Shown here one piece after another: positions 55,401-64,000 of a DNA stretch of 64,000 nt. The notes beneath the pieces were generated by a model that was not told where the DNA came from, made no database searches, and worked only from the letters and a program-made list of their open reading frames with translations. Source of the DNA: a virus (lineage: Duplodnaviria > Caudoviricetes). Position 1 is the stretch's first letter; the number at the start of each line of letters is the position of its first letter. The stretch spans positions 1,039-65,038 of IMG/VR virus record IMGVR_UViG_3300037502_000519, one strand, 5' to 3'. Both the position numbers and the translations under genes were made by a program.

Positions 55401-58400
55401 ACGCGCCACCCCCGCGCAGTTCCAGCGTTTGCAGAAGTCTGCCAAGGTCGAGAAAGAACGCGCTGCGATTGCCCGAGAAAAGGGTGCGGCGGCACAAACA
55501 CGCAAGGCGATGATTGAGGCTAAGCGTGAGGTTGACAAAGAAGCTGCGGCAATGGATGACAAGATCGCAGACAAAGAGCGGTCGATTCTGAAGAAGATTA
55601 ATGACGCCATTCTTGAGATGGCAGGCCCAGAAACAAAGGGCAGCTTTAGCGCCAAACAAGAAGAAGTGACGCGTGCACTACAGTTCTTGACCCGTGATGA
55701 GTCTGCTACGGCTGCTAAGTTAGCCGCTGCTGACAAAGACATCCAGGCAGAAATCAACGAACTGAACAAGATGCGTGAGCGTGCTGCGCAATCAAAGCGT
55801 GGGTCGTTAGATCAGCGTGTTGCTGCCACCAACATACAGAAGCAGCGCGGCATGATTGCCAAGGCCAAAGCCGCCCTTAAAGACGCTAAAGAAAAGTCTG
55901 ACAAGGTCAAGCGTGAGCGTGAGGAAATGATCCAACGCGGCGCGCGGCTGGAAGGCCAGCGGTTTATCAAGAAATCACGGGAAGAGCTACTAAAAGAATT
56001 GCTTGCCGCTAGGAAAGCTAAGAAACCTGGCGAAAAGATTAAGCGCCCATCGTTGTACAAAATTGTTCCCATAAAGAACCAGGCCGATTTAGAAGAAGAA
56101 CTTCGGCAACAACACCTAGATGAGATCAAAGGTCGGCGGGCGCGTGCAATGTCTCCTGGCGAAGTTATGCTCAAGACGCGGACGGAAGAAGAACAGGCCC
56201 GTCGAGAAGCACGCGATGCTACCACTCGCCTAAACAAGTTTACAAAAGACGTACAGTCCGGCAAAGAACCGCAGGATTTTGCTAAGTACAAAGAACTTAG
56301 TCAGGCTGTGGACCGTGCACGCGCTAAGTTAAAAGACCTGCGCGACAACATCAAGCTGATGAAGGCGGTGGACTACGATCCAGATAACGTCCCGCGTAAC
56401 GCCCCGATCCGCACAACAAAAGGCCCGGTAAAAGAAACTGAACGGCGCTACACAACCGACCAGATCTTTGACCTCATGGGTGAGCGTGGGCGGATGACAG
56501 GCGGCAAGTCGTACTCTGTCGATGATGTGCCTGACTTGCGTGTGGGGGATACAGAACCGACTGGTGAGATTGACGTTGCTGCGGCTAAAAAGTATCTGGC
56601 AGACGTCAAGAAAAAGGCCACAGAACGCGGGATAAAGTTTAACTACTACCCGCTAACCGAAGTGTTGCCGCCCCAGATCCGGCAGGCCATTGAGGCGCTG
56701 GGACCATACGCCAAGTACGCTAAAGGCGGCGTCATGCCCAATGGTGAAGTCTTTGTTATCATCGACGGGCATAGCACGCTGAAAGAACTAGAAGGCACCG
56801 TTGCACACGAGCTTATCGGGCACGTTGGCTTTGAAGGTTTTGTTGGCGAGCAGGGCATGAAAGATCTTCTTAAGAAGGTCGAAAATGCTTTTGGCAGCGT
56901 GTTTAAGATGGCGGATGCTATCGGCGTTGGGCGTCAGGCAGAAGACGCCGCAGTTGCTTTGTGGAAAATTGGCGCTGACAACGACCGTGCAAAACTGCAA
57001 GCGCTACGCGAAGCCATTGCCTACACGATGGAGAAGCGGGTTGACCAGTCGTTCTTAGAAAAAGCTAAGCGCTGGATGCAGGAGCTTGTTGGCGCGTTCC
57101 GGTCTGCGTTGAAGAAGCTGGGGTTAGCTGACACGTCTAAGATGACGACGTCCGACTTGTTCTACCTGATGAAACAGGCAGACGCTAACTTCAAAGCCAA
57201 CAAGCCTATCGCTACGTTTACCCCTGATGGGTATGCGTCGTTTAGCGTTAAAAATGTTGACAACAAAGGCATAGCATCCCTGATTGCCCAGCGTGGTACG
57301 GCGTTTGATAAAGCCAAATCTTTCGGCATGGGTATCACCGGCTTGCCGGGGCGTGTGCGTTTCCTAGATCGGTTTGCGGCTTTGGATGCCCTCGTCAAAC
57401 AAGGCGTGACAAGGGGGATCATCTCCTCCCTAAAAGCAATGGACGTCATGTACTTCAACCGCATGGCAGACCAGCGTAACAACTTTGTTGCCCAGTTTGC
57501 TACAAGTGGGGTTGGCAAGATCACCAGCAAAAACGGTGAGCTTATGTATGATGGCGGTGAAGGGCCGGGTCTGCGTGATGTATCTGCGGCGCTTGCTAAA
57601 TCTGGTCTGCCGTCTGACAAAGTGGAAGCTGAATTTACCTCCTACTTGGTTGCCCTCCGTGCAGATCGGGTTGGCGTTAACAAGCTGGACTTTACGGGTA
57701 AGCGCGTTACTGAGAAAGAAGTTAAAGAGACGATTGCCAAATACTCTGGCAGCGACCCCGCCAGCCTAGCGTTCAAAGAAGCACGGAAACTGTACCAGCA
57801 GTACAACGACAACTTGGTAGATTTTGTGGTCTCATCTGGCGCTCTGTCTGCGGAAAAGGGTGCGGAACTAAAGAGCTACAAAGACTACGTTCCGTTCTAC
57901 CGTAAGCGTGGCAATGAAGTCACGATGGAGATCCTAGGTGAAGGCTTCATCCGTATTGGCGACCTGAAGAACCAGCCCTACCTACAAGAACTGGTCGGTG
58001 GCAAGACAGAAATCCTGCCGGTGTTCACCAGTGCGCTGACCAACACGTCGACTTTGGTAGATATGGCGCTGAAGAATATGGCTACGCGCAACACCGCGTA
58101 CGTCATGCAGGATCTTGGCATTGCCCGAGTCTACGAAAAAGCTGGCAACGCCAGCCCTAACGTCCTTCGGTTTAAGCGCAATGGGAAAGAGTTCCACGCC
58201 ACCATAGACACCGAGGCTATGGAGAAGTTGTTTGGCGACATTCCCGTCGAGTCGGTTATCCAGGGGCTAGAAGGCACGAAGGCGGTTGTCAACGCAGGCG
58301 TGAAGCTGTTGGGTTTGCCTGCCAACTGGCTGCGCAAGTTCGTCACACGTGACCCCCGCTACGCAATTCGTCAGATCTTCCGGGATTCTATGGCGGCAGT

Positions 58401-59799
58401 TATGACCACAGGCGCTGACTTTGTGCCGGTGGTACAGACGCTAAAAGATATGTCCACCATGAAGAAGACGGGCGCAATGGAGACATTGCAGAAACGTGGC
58501 GTTTTGGGTGGGCAGGTTATCGTTGGTGCCACCGACGATATGAGTAAGATCATGCAGCAGCTTGCGTCTGGTAAACCTGGTTGGGATATGGCGATGGCGA
58601 AGCTCGATGAGTTCGCCATGATGGGTGACGCGGCAACGCGTGTCTCTATGTACAACTCGTTCTTAAAACAGGGGTTGTCGGAGCGCGAAGCAACGTTTGC
58701 CACGCTGGAAGCCATGAACTTTAGCCGCCGTGGTACGTCACCCACCGTGCTGTACGCCAACACCTTGATACCGTTCTTTAACGCTGGCTTGCAGGGCTTG
58801 GATGTTATGTACCGGGCCTTTAAGGGCGACATGCCTGCTAGTGAGCGGTTGAAGGTAAAGCAGAAATTGCTTGCCCGTGGCGGCATGATGGCGCTCTTGA
58901 CCCTTGCATACGCCGCCATGATGGACGATGACGAGACGTACGAGAACGCAAACCCAGAAGAGCGCTATGGCAACTGGTTTGTACCTACGCCGTTTGGCAC
59001 GTTCCGGGTACCGATTCCGTTTGATCTCGGCCTAATCTTCAAGGCGTTGCCAGAAGGCGTCTATCGCGCTATGTTTACTGACGACAAGGCGTCTGATGTT
59101 GCTGGTGCATTGAAGTCTCTTGCCGCACGCAGTATCCCTATCGACATTCCGACGGCTATAAAACCGGCAATAGAACTAGCGCTCAACAAGTCGTTCTTTA
59201 TGGACCGCCCAATTGTTGACCCCAGTATGGAAGGCATAGACGCACAGTATCAAGTTAAGCCCAAGACGCCGGAGATCATTAAGCTGTTTGGGCAGATTGG
59301 GTTGTCGCCTGTGCAGGTGGAGTACGCCCTGCGCGGCTATACGGGTAGTTTGTTAGTCAGTACGCTCAGGTTATTTGACCCTGTGTTGGGCGGTGAGCTT
59401 GTGAAGCCGGGCCAGAAGTTGCCAGACTTCCCGATTCTTGGCGGTCTGTTCCAGCCCAAGGATGCCACGGGCATCATCAACTCTGCCTACGAGACTGCCA
59501 AACAGATACAAAACGCCCAACGTACGTATGCTAGGTTAAAGATCGAAGACCCGGATGAAGCGAAAGCCTTCTACGCCGAGAGCCGGTCTGATATAGAAGG
59601 CGCACGGGCGGCTGGTCGGTTCCGTCAGAGAATGGGTGAGTTCACCAAGGAAGAGCGGCTAGTCCGGGCACAGCGTAGTCTGACCAATGACGAGAAGGCC
59701 GAGCGCCTAGATAAGATTCGGCAGCGGAAAATCGACTACGCCAAAGACTTCAAGAAGCGGATGGACGAAAGAAGAGAACGCCCAGCCGCCCTTGCCTGA
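52459..59799 (+). CDS. Giant internal virion / polyvalent-type protein with zincin (HExxxH) and LPD38-like C-terminus
   Basis: 2446 aa; AHELIGHVG; YVPFYR; NFSRRG...IPFFNA; RVPIPF..G; KP.IE...N.SFF..RPI. Confidence 0.75.
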   Translation: MRTIQVPGYGPVKFPESMSDEEIALAIEEDILPNIKPPKEGIGAAFTGGLKRMASTAGTGLEALLSPEEAAKQGLARSEAIGREYAPGASLDAVKKAYAERGLLGGAGEVISQIPTALAEQVPQIAATLGSAKLGAMAGTAVMPGVGTLIGGGIGAVAPSLLQLFGSNIERQAAEGAPEISRGAAAAAAIPGAALEAASTFVPLGKSIVGKLLGPAAEEYFKRGATEATEAVAQESLKKVLAKGAAVGAAVEIPTEITQQMLERLQAGLPLTTDDALAEYGEAAYGAGLVGAPFGAAGRAGQRSIARGEIEAEEEKVRSEALAREAEEEKARLVSPEYRQELNAQMVEKKDQLRQLEALLKDKTVDEDVRTEAKDTAKTLRRELGELDAKMKASMKEAGIAPTMEGTLARKQRVEAQEQTVTDEFGNIVKVKGKPITAEEEAEGYERQSEAVLADFREREEALERLREKERQEKIKKDEELQAGVKTFLQQTEEMAELEPGAAVATRELAEKRRTEKDQAAAQEMTLNRIQLVLDKFGLRAAGVPQEQRLDIENKINEGRVDRTVTNVLGIKGLGGRTVSATDALPNIQTRIQELEDRRQKAITTKDPLMLDNGQLTDKGYDLVATEAKLNELRRLQTVAQSQAPTETPTETGMVGQLEAATQAKAEALAVPEAQGLPKSAYAGRIDGANKAAGRAFTDLLSYMDDYRAGRFFGEGAAPGQLGLASSTREGLLTQSNEMRKNVVDAVIQEAALMRGQQGLRPLTRDEAIGLGVRVDEILQEIITRSTALPSRASLKEVTISPAQMRGTEIIKSAKTALVDPRPLAERQFGNPRRAIEVLAEAIKQAKEQTVAEGKRTVRAERPVLRQQFQGYQPAESRFAQGDRLVDQIAQILRTADADSAFAKTLDDAATLIANEDVNPTFLNTVDEQVGRILRGTDKPDDSAALIADIQKDMDQQRALRAYVEDTGAQAEMFPETKGTIRATPAQFQRLQKSAKVEKERAAIAREKGAAAQTRKAMIEAKREVDKEAAAMDDKIADKERSILKKINDAILEMAGPETKGSFSAKQEEVTRALQFLTRDESATAAKLAAADKDIQAEINELNKMRERAAQSKRGSLDQRVAATNIQKQRGMIAKAKAALKDAKEKSDKVKREREEMIQRGARLEGQRFIKKSREELLKELLAARKAKKPGEKIKRPSLYKIVPIKNQADLEEELRQQHLDEIKGRRARAMSPGEVMLKTRTEEEQARREARDATTRLNKFTKDVQSGKEPQDFAKYKELSQAVDRARAKLKDLRDNIKLMKAVDYDPDNVPRNAPIRTTKGPVKETERRYTTDQIFDLMGERGRMTGGKSYSVDDVPDLRVGDTEPTGEIDVAAAKKYLADVKKKATERGIKFNYYPLTEVLPPQIRQAIEALGPYAKYAKGGVMPNGEVFVIIDGHSTLKELEGTVAHELIGHVGFEGFVGEQGMKDLLKKVENAFGSVFKMADAIGVGRQAEDAAVALWKIGADNDRAKLQALREAIAYTMEKRVDQSFLEKAKRWMQELVGAFRSALKKLGLADTSKMTTSDLFYLMKQADANFKANKPIATFTPDGYASFSVKNVDNKGIASLIAQRGTAFDKAKSFGMGITGLPGRVRFLDRFAALDALVKQGVTRGIISSLKAMDVMYFNRMADQRNNFVAQFATSGVGKITSKNGELMYDGGEGPGLRDVSAALAKSGLPSDKVEAEFTSYLVALRADRVGVNKLDFTGKRVTEKEVKETIAKYSGSDPASLAFKEARKLYQQYNDNLVDFVVSSGALSAEKGAELKSYKDYVPFYRKRGNEVTMEILGEGFIRIGDLKNQPYLQELVGGKTEILPVFTSALTNTSTLVDMALKNMATRNTAYVMQDLGIARVYEKAGNASPNVLRFKRNGKEFHATIDTEAMEKLFGDIPVESVIQGLEGTKAVVNAGVKLLGLPANWLRKFVTRDPRYAIRQIFRDSMAAVMTTGADFVPVVQTLKDMSTMKKTGAMETLQKRGVLGGQVIVGATDDMSKIMQQLASGKPGWDMAMAKLDEFAMMGDAATRVSMYNSFLKQGLSEREATFATLEAMNFSRRGTSPTVLYANTLIPFFNAGLQGLDVMYRAFKGDMPASERLKVKQKLLARGGMMALLTLAYAAMMDDDETYENANPEERYGNWFVPTPFGTFRVPIPFDLGLIFKALPEGVYRAMFTDDKASDVAGALKSLAARSIPIDIPTAIKPAIELALNKSFFMDRPIVDPSMEGIDAQYQVKPKTPEIIKLFGQIGLSPVQVEYALRGYTGSLLVSTLRLFDPVLGGELVKPGQKLPDFPILGGLFQPKDATGIINSAYETAKQIQNAQRTYARLKIEDPDEAKAFYAESRSDIEGARAAGRFRQRMGEFTKEERLVRAQRSLTNDEKAERLDKIRQRKIDYAKDFKKRMDERRERPAALA

Positions 59800-59968
59800 C
59801 GCCTACTAGCGCTTTGGCATCCAGTACACGGTTGCCTAGCGCGGCGTTCAGGCCAGCCATTCTGACCTTTTCTGTGTCGAGGCAGGGGATAAAAAACCCC
59901 TGACCTCTATGCAGCTTTGTCCAGGGGAACAGGGTCTTCTTCAACTTTCCGTGAGATCCGCATCGCAT
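59750..59968 (-). CDS. Small hypothetical protein
   Basis: FPW..L..GQGFFIPCLD motif; follows the primase gene. Confidence 0.55.
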   Translation of the reverse strand: MRCGSHGKLKKTLFPWTKLHRGQGFFIPCLDTEKVRMAGLNAALGNRVLDAKALVGVRQGRLGVLFFRPSAS

Positions 59969-62786
59969 TGACCCGCATCTGTGGGCCTTTGGTCTTGCTC
60001 ATAAGATCTTTCTTGCTGTAGGAGATGTGGTACATCAACTCCATCTGCTTTCTGAAGTCCGCGTACCCAAAGCTCATACTGGAGCAGTACTTCTTCAGCA
60101 GTTGCTCCTCGATGTAGAAGTCCACATGCCCTGGGGTCACGCCGTGCTCCACCCGCCCTGCGATCTCACTACGCGTGATGCTCTGGTCAATGATGCCGTT
60201 CTCGCCAATCGATGCGGCTAACGCCCCGTCAAGAGCTTTCACCACAACAAACTTGCCATAGAACTCCCGGACGTACGAGTTCAGCACATCCTCCGCTGTC
60301 CGTACATTGTCCTTCACCAGCTTGCGTGCGCTGTCCACCATGTCTTTCAAGACCGCGATGATGTTCTTTATAGGGTATTCCACTAGCCCAGCCTTGGCGG
60401 CGAGCATGGCACCGGCAACCAGCGCCGTACATCCTGCGTGCCAGTAGCGCTCGTCGTCTTTGAACTTGAACTCTGCCTTGACCTTCTTGTGCACGTTGCG
60501 CACAAGCTCTTTGACTTCTTCTAAGTTGTCTACAAGATACTGTACATAGATCGGACCAGCCACACCGTAGTTCTGCTTGATCAACTCCACAGACTCTAGT
60601 TCGTCTGGTTCCCAGGATATGACGTTGTTAAGGGTTAACTCTAATACCCGGCGGATCTCCCCTTCCGATGAGTGCTTGCGTGCGCCTGTGAGGTAGTCCA
60701 TCACGTGCGTGTTGGAGGACAGGAGCGCCATCGATTTCCAGTAGGTGTTGTTCTCCCGCTCTTTGTTGGCACCAGACTCCATCCGCTCCTTGCCCTGGCC
60801 TTCTGACACGTCGAAGATGAACCCAGGCATCCACTCAAAGTCTTTGCGGTTCTTGCTGGTGATCTCGTCAGATATGAGCGGCAGGCTGTGTAGCAGACCT
60901 AGGCGCTGTTGCATGGCGACATCTGAGGTGGACTTGTTGACCCGGTATTGTGTGGGGTGACCCCATACTGAAGACGCTAGTTCTAGCGTTAGGGTTTTCC
61001 CTGTACCAGACTCCGTAGATCCCAGGTGGAACGTGATGCCGTCATAGCCCGTGAACCGCATCAACGGTGTGCCGAAACCCACCAGACTCAGGGACAGCAC
61101 TTCGTACAACTGCTTGTTGATAAGTGCCGTGACGACTTTGCGCCAGTTATCCAAGCTACCGGAGGGGGTGCAGACCTTGTTGATATTGACTAGGTGCCGC
61201 ATCGGGACGTGGCGTGGTTGCTGTCCCGCCGAGAAGATGCTCTCGGCATATACGAAGGTGTCGTCCTTCTGCCAGCCGTAGTTGTCTGGCACCTTTACTG
61301 CACGCTGTGCGACCGACGCTTCTTCTACACAAGACCGTACATATTCAAAAAGGTTCTTGTCATTCCACCCACCAGCCGCAAGGATATTCTGCTCGGCTAG
61401 ATTCTTCAGCGTCTCGTCCTTCGACACCACCGCGCGCTGGTTCAGCGTGATCTCAAACGCTCCCTCTGGACGTGTTGCCAGCATGTGAACGATGTGTTCA
61501 CCTTTGTGCTGGAGGATGTTTACTACAAACAAACTATACGGAAGGATCATGACCTGCTTGTTGGTCTCGTTCCCGTCTGCGTCTTCTACCTTCGTGTCTC
61601 TGAACACCGCTCCGTTCTTGCCATAGGAGAAACCCCTAGGTGCGGCTGGACGGTGGATCGTCTTTTGAGCCTGCGTTGGTGTGGCGTCATCTGTCAGTTC
61701 CAGGGCGATTTCTTTTGCCGCCGTCTCCGTGATGATCTGCCTGCCCAGCGCTAGGGGGTTCGTGATCTTGCTGAAGTGTGGGCAGTTGGTGCAGATACCA
61801 GGGTTTTCACTGTCGAACTTTAGGCATGGGTACGGGCCTTTGATCTCCCGTAGTTTCTGCGTCATGCGTTCGGGTTCGTAGGGATGCAGCTTGCTCAACC
61901 AGATCGCCGCTTTGCCCCCGTCATCGCACTTCTGGGCTATAGACAACCACCCACGCCATATCGGCTCCATGCCGTCGTTCTCAGCGTTCTCGATGTAGTG
62001 CTCAAGTTGGGCGCACCCTGTGCCCTGTTGCGTTCTCTCTAAGATGTTTTTGAATAACGTACTACTGTTTTCTATTAACTTCTTTACCGTGCTGTTTTCT
62101 ACAGCCTTGGGTCGCTTACCCGGCAGATTGACCGTGGTCGTCTCGTAGGTCGGTACTACCAACTTACTTTTAATAAACTGGTCGATCTCAAAGAGCGTGA
62201 ATGCTTTACTCGCTACGGTGTGGACCTCGACCAGACGGGGGGTATCTTTCTTGTAGTTGTACGTACCCGGTACGCGCAGGACACGCGCGGCGTCTGCCGT
62301 GCAGTTGTTGTCGATGATGAGATTCTCTTGGGCGCACAGGCGCTTGAAGTTCTCTGCCACCGGCTTCCACTGGTCGATAGAAACGTCTTCATCAAAAGGC
62401 CAGTAGATGTGCCACCCGCCGCCAGACGACAAGATGTAGGGCTGGCCTAGATCCGCCATGCCCGTCTTCTGCATGAACTCGTTGAACGCTTGCAGGGCGA
62501 TGTCCTGCGAGGCGTAGCATGTCACCCCCTTCGACACTAGATCAATGTCCATGAACAACGACTTCATGTACATGGCATTGCTGGCGTAGCGATTTTCGTT
62601 TGTCTTGTAGGTCGCTAGGCCAAAGTACGCATTGGACTTCTGTTTAGACATGCGGTCGGCAACAGCCGGTATGTCCGCGATGTCGGTTACAAAAACGTGC
62701 TCCTTCTTCGGTGTGGTGAACTCCGCCACACAGTAGTAATTACCAGAAGACGGGAGCACCGCCGCAAGAAAATCAAGCGGTTGCAT
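59907..62786 (-). CDS. Primase-helicase (AEP/RepB-like primase, Cys cluster, DUF927-type P-loop domain)
   Basis: FMDID, SSGGGWHIYW, RVLRVPGT.N; C...PYPC...C..CPH; ESGTGKT; SDE. Confidence 0.88.
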   Translation of the reverse strand: MQPLDFLAAVLPSSGNYYCVAEFTTPKKEHVFVTDIADIPAVADRMSKQKSNAYFGLATYKTNENRYASNAMYMKSLFMDIDLVSKGVTCYASQDIALQAFNEFMQKTGMADLGQPYILSSGGGWHIYWPFDEDVSIDQWKPVAENFKRLCAQENLIIDNNCTADAARVLRVPGTYNYKKDTPRLVEVHTVASKAFTLFEIDQFIKSKLVVPTYETTTVNLPGKRPKAVENSTVKKLIENSSTLFKNILERTQQGTGCAQLEHYIENAENDGMEPIWRGWLSIAQKCDDGGKAAIWLSKLHPYEPERMTQKLREIKGPYPCLKFDSENPGICTNCPHFSKITNPLALGRQIITETAAKEIALELTDDATPTQAQKTIHRPAAPRGFSYGKNGAVFRDTKVEDADGNETNKQVMILPYSLFVVNILQHKGEHIVHMLATRPEGAFEITLNQRAVVSKDETLKNLAEQNILAAGGWNDKNLFEYVRSCVEEASVAQRAVKVPDNYGWQKDDTFVYAESIFSAGQQPRHVPMRHLVNINKVCTPSGSLDNWRKVVTALINKQLYEVLSLSLVGFGTPLMRFTGYDGITFHLGSTESGTGKTLTLELASSVWGHPTQYRVNKSTSDVAMQQRLGLLHSLPLISDEITSKNRKDFEWMPGFIFDVSEGQGKERMESGANKERENNTYWKSMALLSSNTHVMDYLTGARKHSSEGEIRRVLELTLNNVISWEPDELESVELIKQNYGVAGPIYVQYLVDNLEEVKELVRNVHKKVKAEFKFKDDERYWHAGCTALVAGAMLAAKAGLVEYPIKNIIAVLKDMVDSARKLVKDNVRTAEDVLNSYVREFYGKFVVVKALDGALAASIGENGIIDQSITRSEIAGRVEHGVTPGHVDFYIEEQLLKKYCSSMSFGYADFRKQMELMYHISYSKKDLMSKTKGPQMRVNAMRISRKVEEDPVPLDKAA

Positions 62787-62801
62787 AGACCCCCCTCTGG
62801 T

Positions 62802-62957
62802 TTATTTTTTGGTTTCTGCCAGCTTCTCTAGCGCTTCTTCGTACCGCGCCAAGAGATCTTCCTGCCAAGTTTTTGGCAAGTTATTTGTGATAAGTATCTG
62901 GTAGCAAGTCCGGGCGAACTCTGCATCGGTCAGAGTTTTAGGTTGAATGTCGTACAT
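62802..62957 (-). CDS. Small protein MYDIQPKTLTDAEF... (51 aa, not in ORF track)
   Basis: Hand-translated; SD GGAGG; fills the gap between HTH and primase genes. Confidence 0.55.
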   Translation of the reverse strand: MYDIQPKTLTDAEFARTCYQILITNNLPKTWQEDLLARYEEALEKLAETKK

Positions 62958-63211
62958 AGAATCCTCCACGCGTCATCAGTTTGAGACGTTTTTTTCAGCA
63001 CTTCGACAATTTTGCTAACACGCTCCTGATACGCAGGGGTGACCTCTGTTGCTCCTGTAAACCAGTTGTATACAGTCTGCCGTGTGGCACCAGTTAGCGT
63101 TGCGATGCGCTGCATCGAAATGTCCCGTACGACAGACCAGCGCCCAAGGTCAGTGCCCAGGGACGGCTGTGTCTTTCCTACGAGGGTTTTTATTTTTTCA
63201 GAGTAGGGCAT
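62930..63211 (-). CDS. Cro/XRE-like HTH regulator, probable start MPYSEK
   Basis: ISMQRIATLTGATRQTVYNWFTG HTH. Confidence 0.75.
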   Translation of the reverse strand: MPYSEKIKTLVGKTQPSLGTDLGRWSVVRDISMQRIATLTGATRQTVYNWFTGATEVTPAYQERVSKIVEVLKKTSQTDDAWRILCTTFNLKL

Positions 63212-63220
63212 AGGTAGAGG

Positions 63221-63309
63221 TGGGGTACTAGCACAGGATTCATTTGCACCTTTTGCCAAAGGATACAGGCTATTTAACGTCGCCGAGCCGACGCCTGTAC
63301 GTTCCCCCA
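63221..63309 (-). ncRNA. Candidate structured RNA with bulged-G (loop E) motif
   Basis: UGGGG-GAAC-GUACAGG ... CCUGUGC-UAGUA-CCCCA enclosing two hairpins. Confidence 0.5.
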
Positions 63310-63315
63310 AGTTGA

Positions 63316-64000
63316 TTAATCGTCAGTGTCCCAATCCGCTACGACAGAGGATAACTTACTCTTTTTAGGAGCGGTAGCCTTTTCCTCTTTACGAACCTCG
63401 GGTTCTTCAACTTCTTCCTCCTCCGGCTCGGCCTTGGGCTTGGCTTTGGCCTTCGCGGCTGGGGGTTTACCCTCAAGCGCTACGGGGGGAGCGGTTACCT
63501 TGTCGGTCTGCGCTACGGTCATGGTGATCGCCTTGGTGGCGTCATCTGTCTGGCCCTGCCGCACACAGGTCTCGTGCTCGTCGTCCGTAAGCCAGCGCAT
63601 AGGCTTGAAGAACAACTTTGGCGACTGTGCCTTGGTGTCGAACTTCATCCGCGTCACGACCATATCAGGCCCAATGTTCTGGGCAATCAGCCAGCGTGAA
63701 TACGCCTGCAACGGGCGGTTGTCGCCCTCTTCCTTACCAAAGATCGACTGCGCTGGCAGGGTAAGCTGAAGCACGTCGCCCTCGATGTCGTTTGCCAGCA
63801 CCACAGCAACACGCTGAGAGAAACGGCAAGCACGGGATTCGCCACTACCAGAACCCTTGACGTTTTGTGGGCATGTAGCGCACGTGTCGGACTGCTTGCT
63901 CGTAGCAGTGGGATCGGGCTTGTCGCCATCGGCAGACCAGCAATCAGGACCAGCCGGGGTATCGGGGTCGTACGCCTTCATGTAGAACGTGCGGCTGATC
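63316..64000 (-). CDS. Probable ssDNA-binding / recombination protein, 5' end outside the window
   Basis: P.CWS.DG..P...C..CP.N..GS....RACR; acidic tail ending DWDTDD. Confidence 0.6.
   Translation of the reverse strand, partial: ISRTFYMKAYDPDTPAGPDCWSADGDKPDPTATSKQSDTCATCPQNVKGSGSGESRACRFSQRVAVVLANDIEGDVLQLTLPAQSIFGKEEGDNRPLQAYSRWLIAQNIGPDMVVTRMKFDTKAQSPKLFFKPMRWLTDDEHETCVRQGQTDDATKAITMTVAQTDKVTAPPVALEGKPPAAKAKAKPKAEPEEEEVEEPEVRKEEKATAPKKSKLSSVVADWDTDD

Noticed and set aside
56715-56735. YAKGGV in the giant protein as another double-Gly signal
   Set aside because: Falls just before the zincin helix where a structural beta-turn is expected; not counted.
63240-63300. Pistol-ribozyme-like string (5-bp P1, 6-nt loop, UUAAAUAG) on the minus strand
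   Set aside because: No good pseudoknot partner for loop GCUCGG and none of the conserved downstream AG/GCG nucleotides; kept only as an unknown structured RNA.
1-64000. tRNA genes, stop-codon reassignment, introns or inteins in terL, polA or MCP
   Set aside because: No cloverleaf or T-loop signature noticed by eye; core genes are full length and uninterrupted in the standard code.

Overview
The window is almost all of a ~65 kb tailed dsDNA phage genome, apparently circularly permuted. It has a podovirus-like layout, with a P22-type portal and tail-stabilisation proteins, large internal virion proteins, and no tape measure, integrase, RNA polymerase or tRNA that I could see. Minus-strand early and replication genes occupy 1-20 kb and 59.8-64 kb: SNF2 helicase, Cas4-like nuclease, PolA, VRR-NUC, a mosaic of small genes, an AAA-vWA/metallopeptidase module, an M28-like peptidase, primase-helicase, an HTH protein and an SSB-like protein. 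Plus-strand late genes occupy 20.5-59.8 kb: terminase, portal, GroES, capsid, tail, lysis, two 2OG oxygenases and a 2446-aa polyvalent-type protein. The most interesting signals are mostly non-coding. (1) A candidate ~100-nt sRNA at the early/late divergence has an unpaired seed complementary to the shared SD+AUG leader of many early genes. (2) Small genes at 6.5-9.1 kb are combinatorial chimeras joined at near-identical DNA modules. (3) Two candidate structured RNA leaders lie at 29.44-29.53 kb and 63.22-63.31 kb. (4) There are two families of palindromic operator-like sites. (5) A double-glycine motif recurs in putative internal virion proteins. All protein family calls come from motif recognition by eye; no database searches were run.
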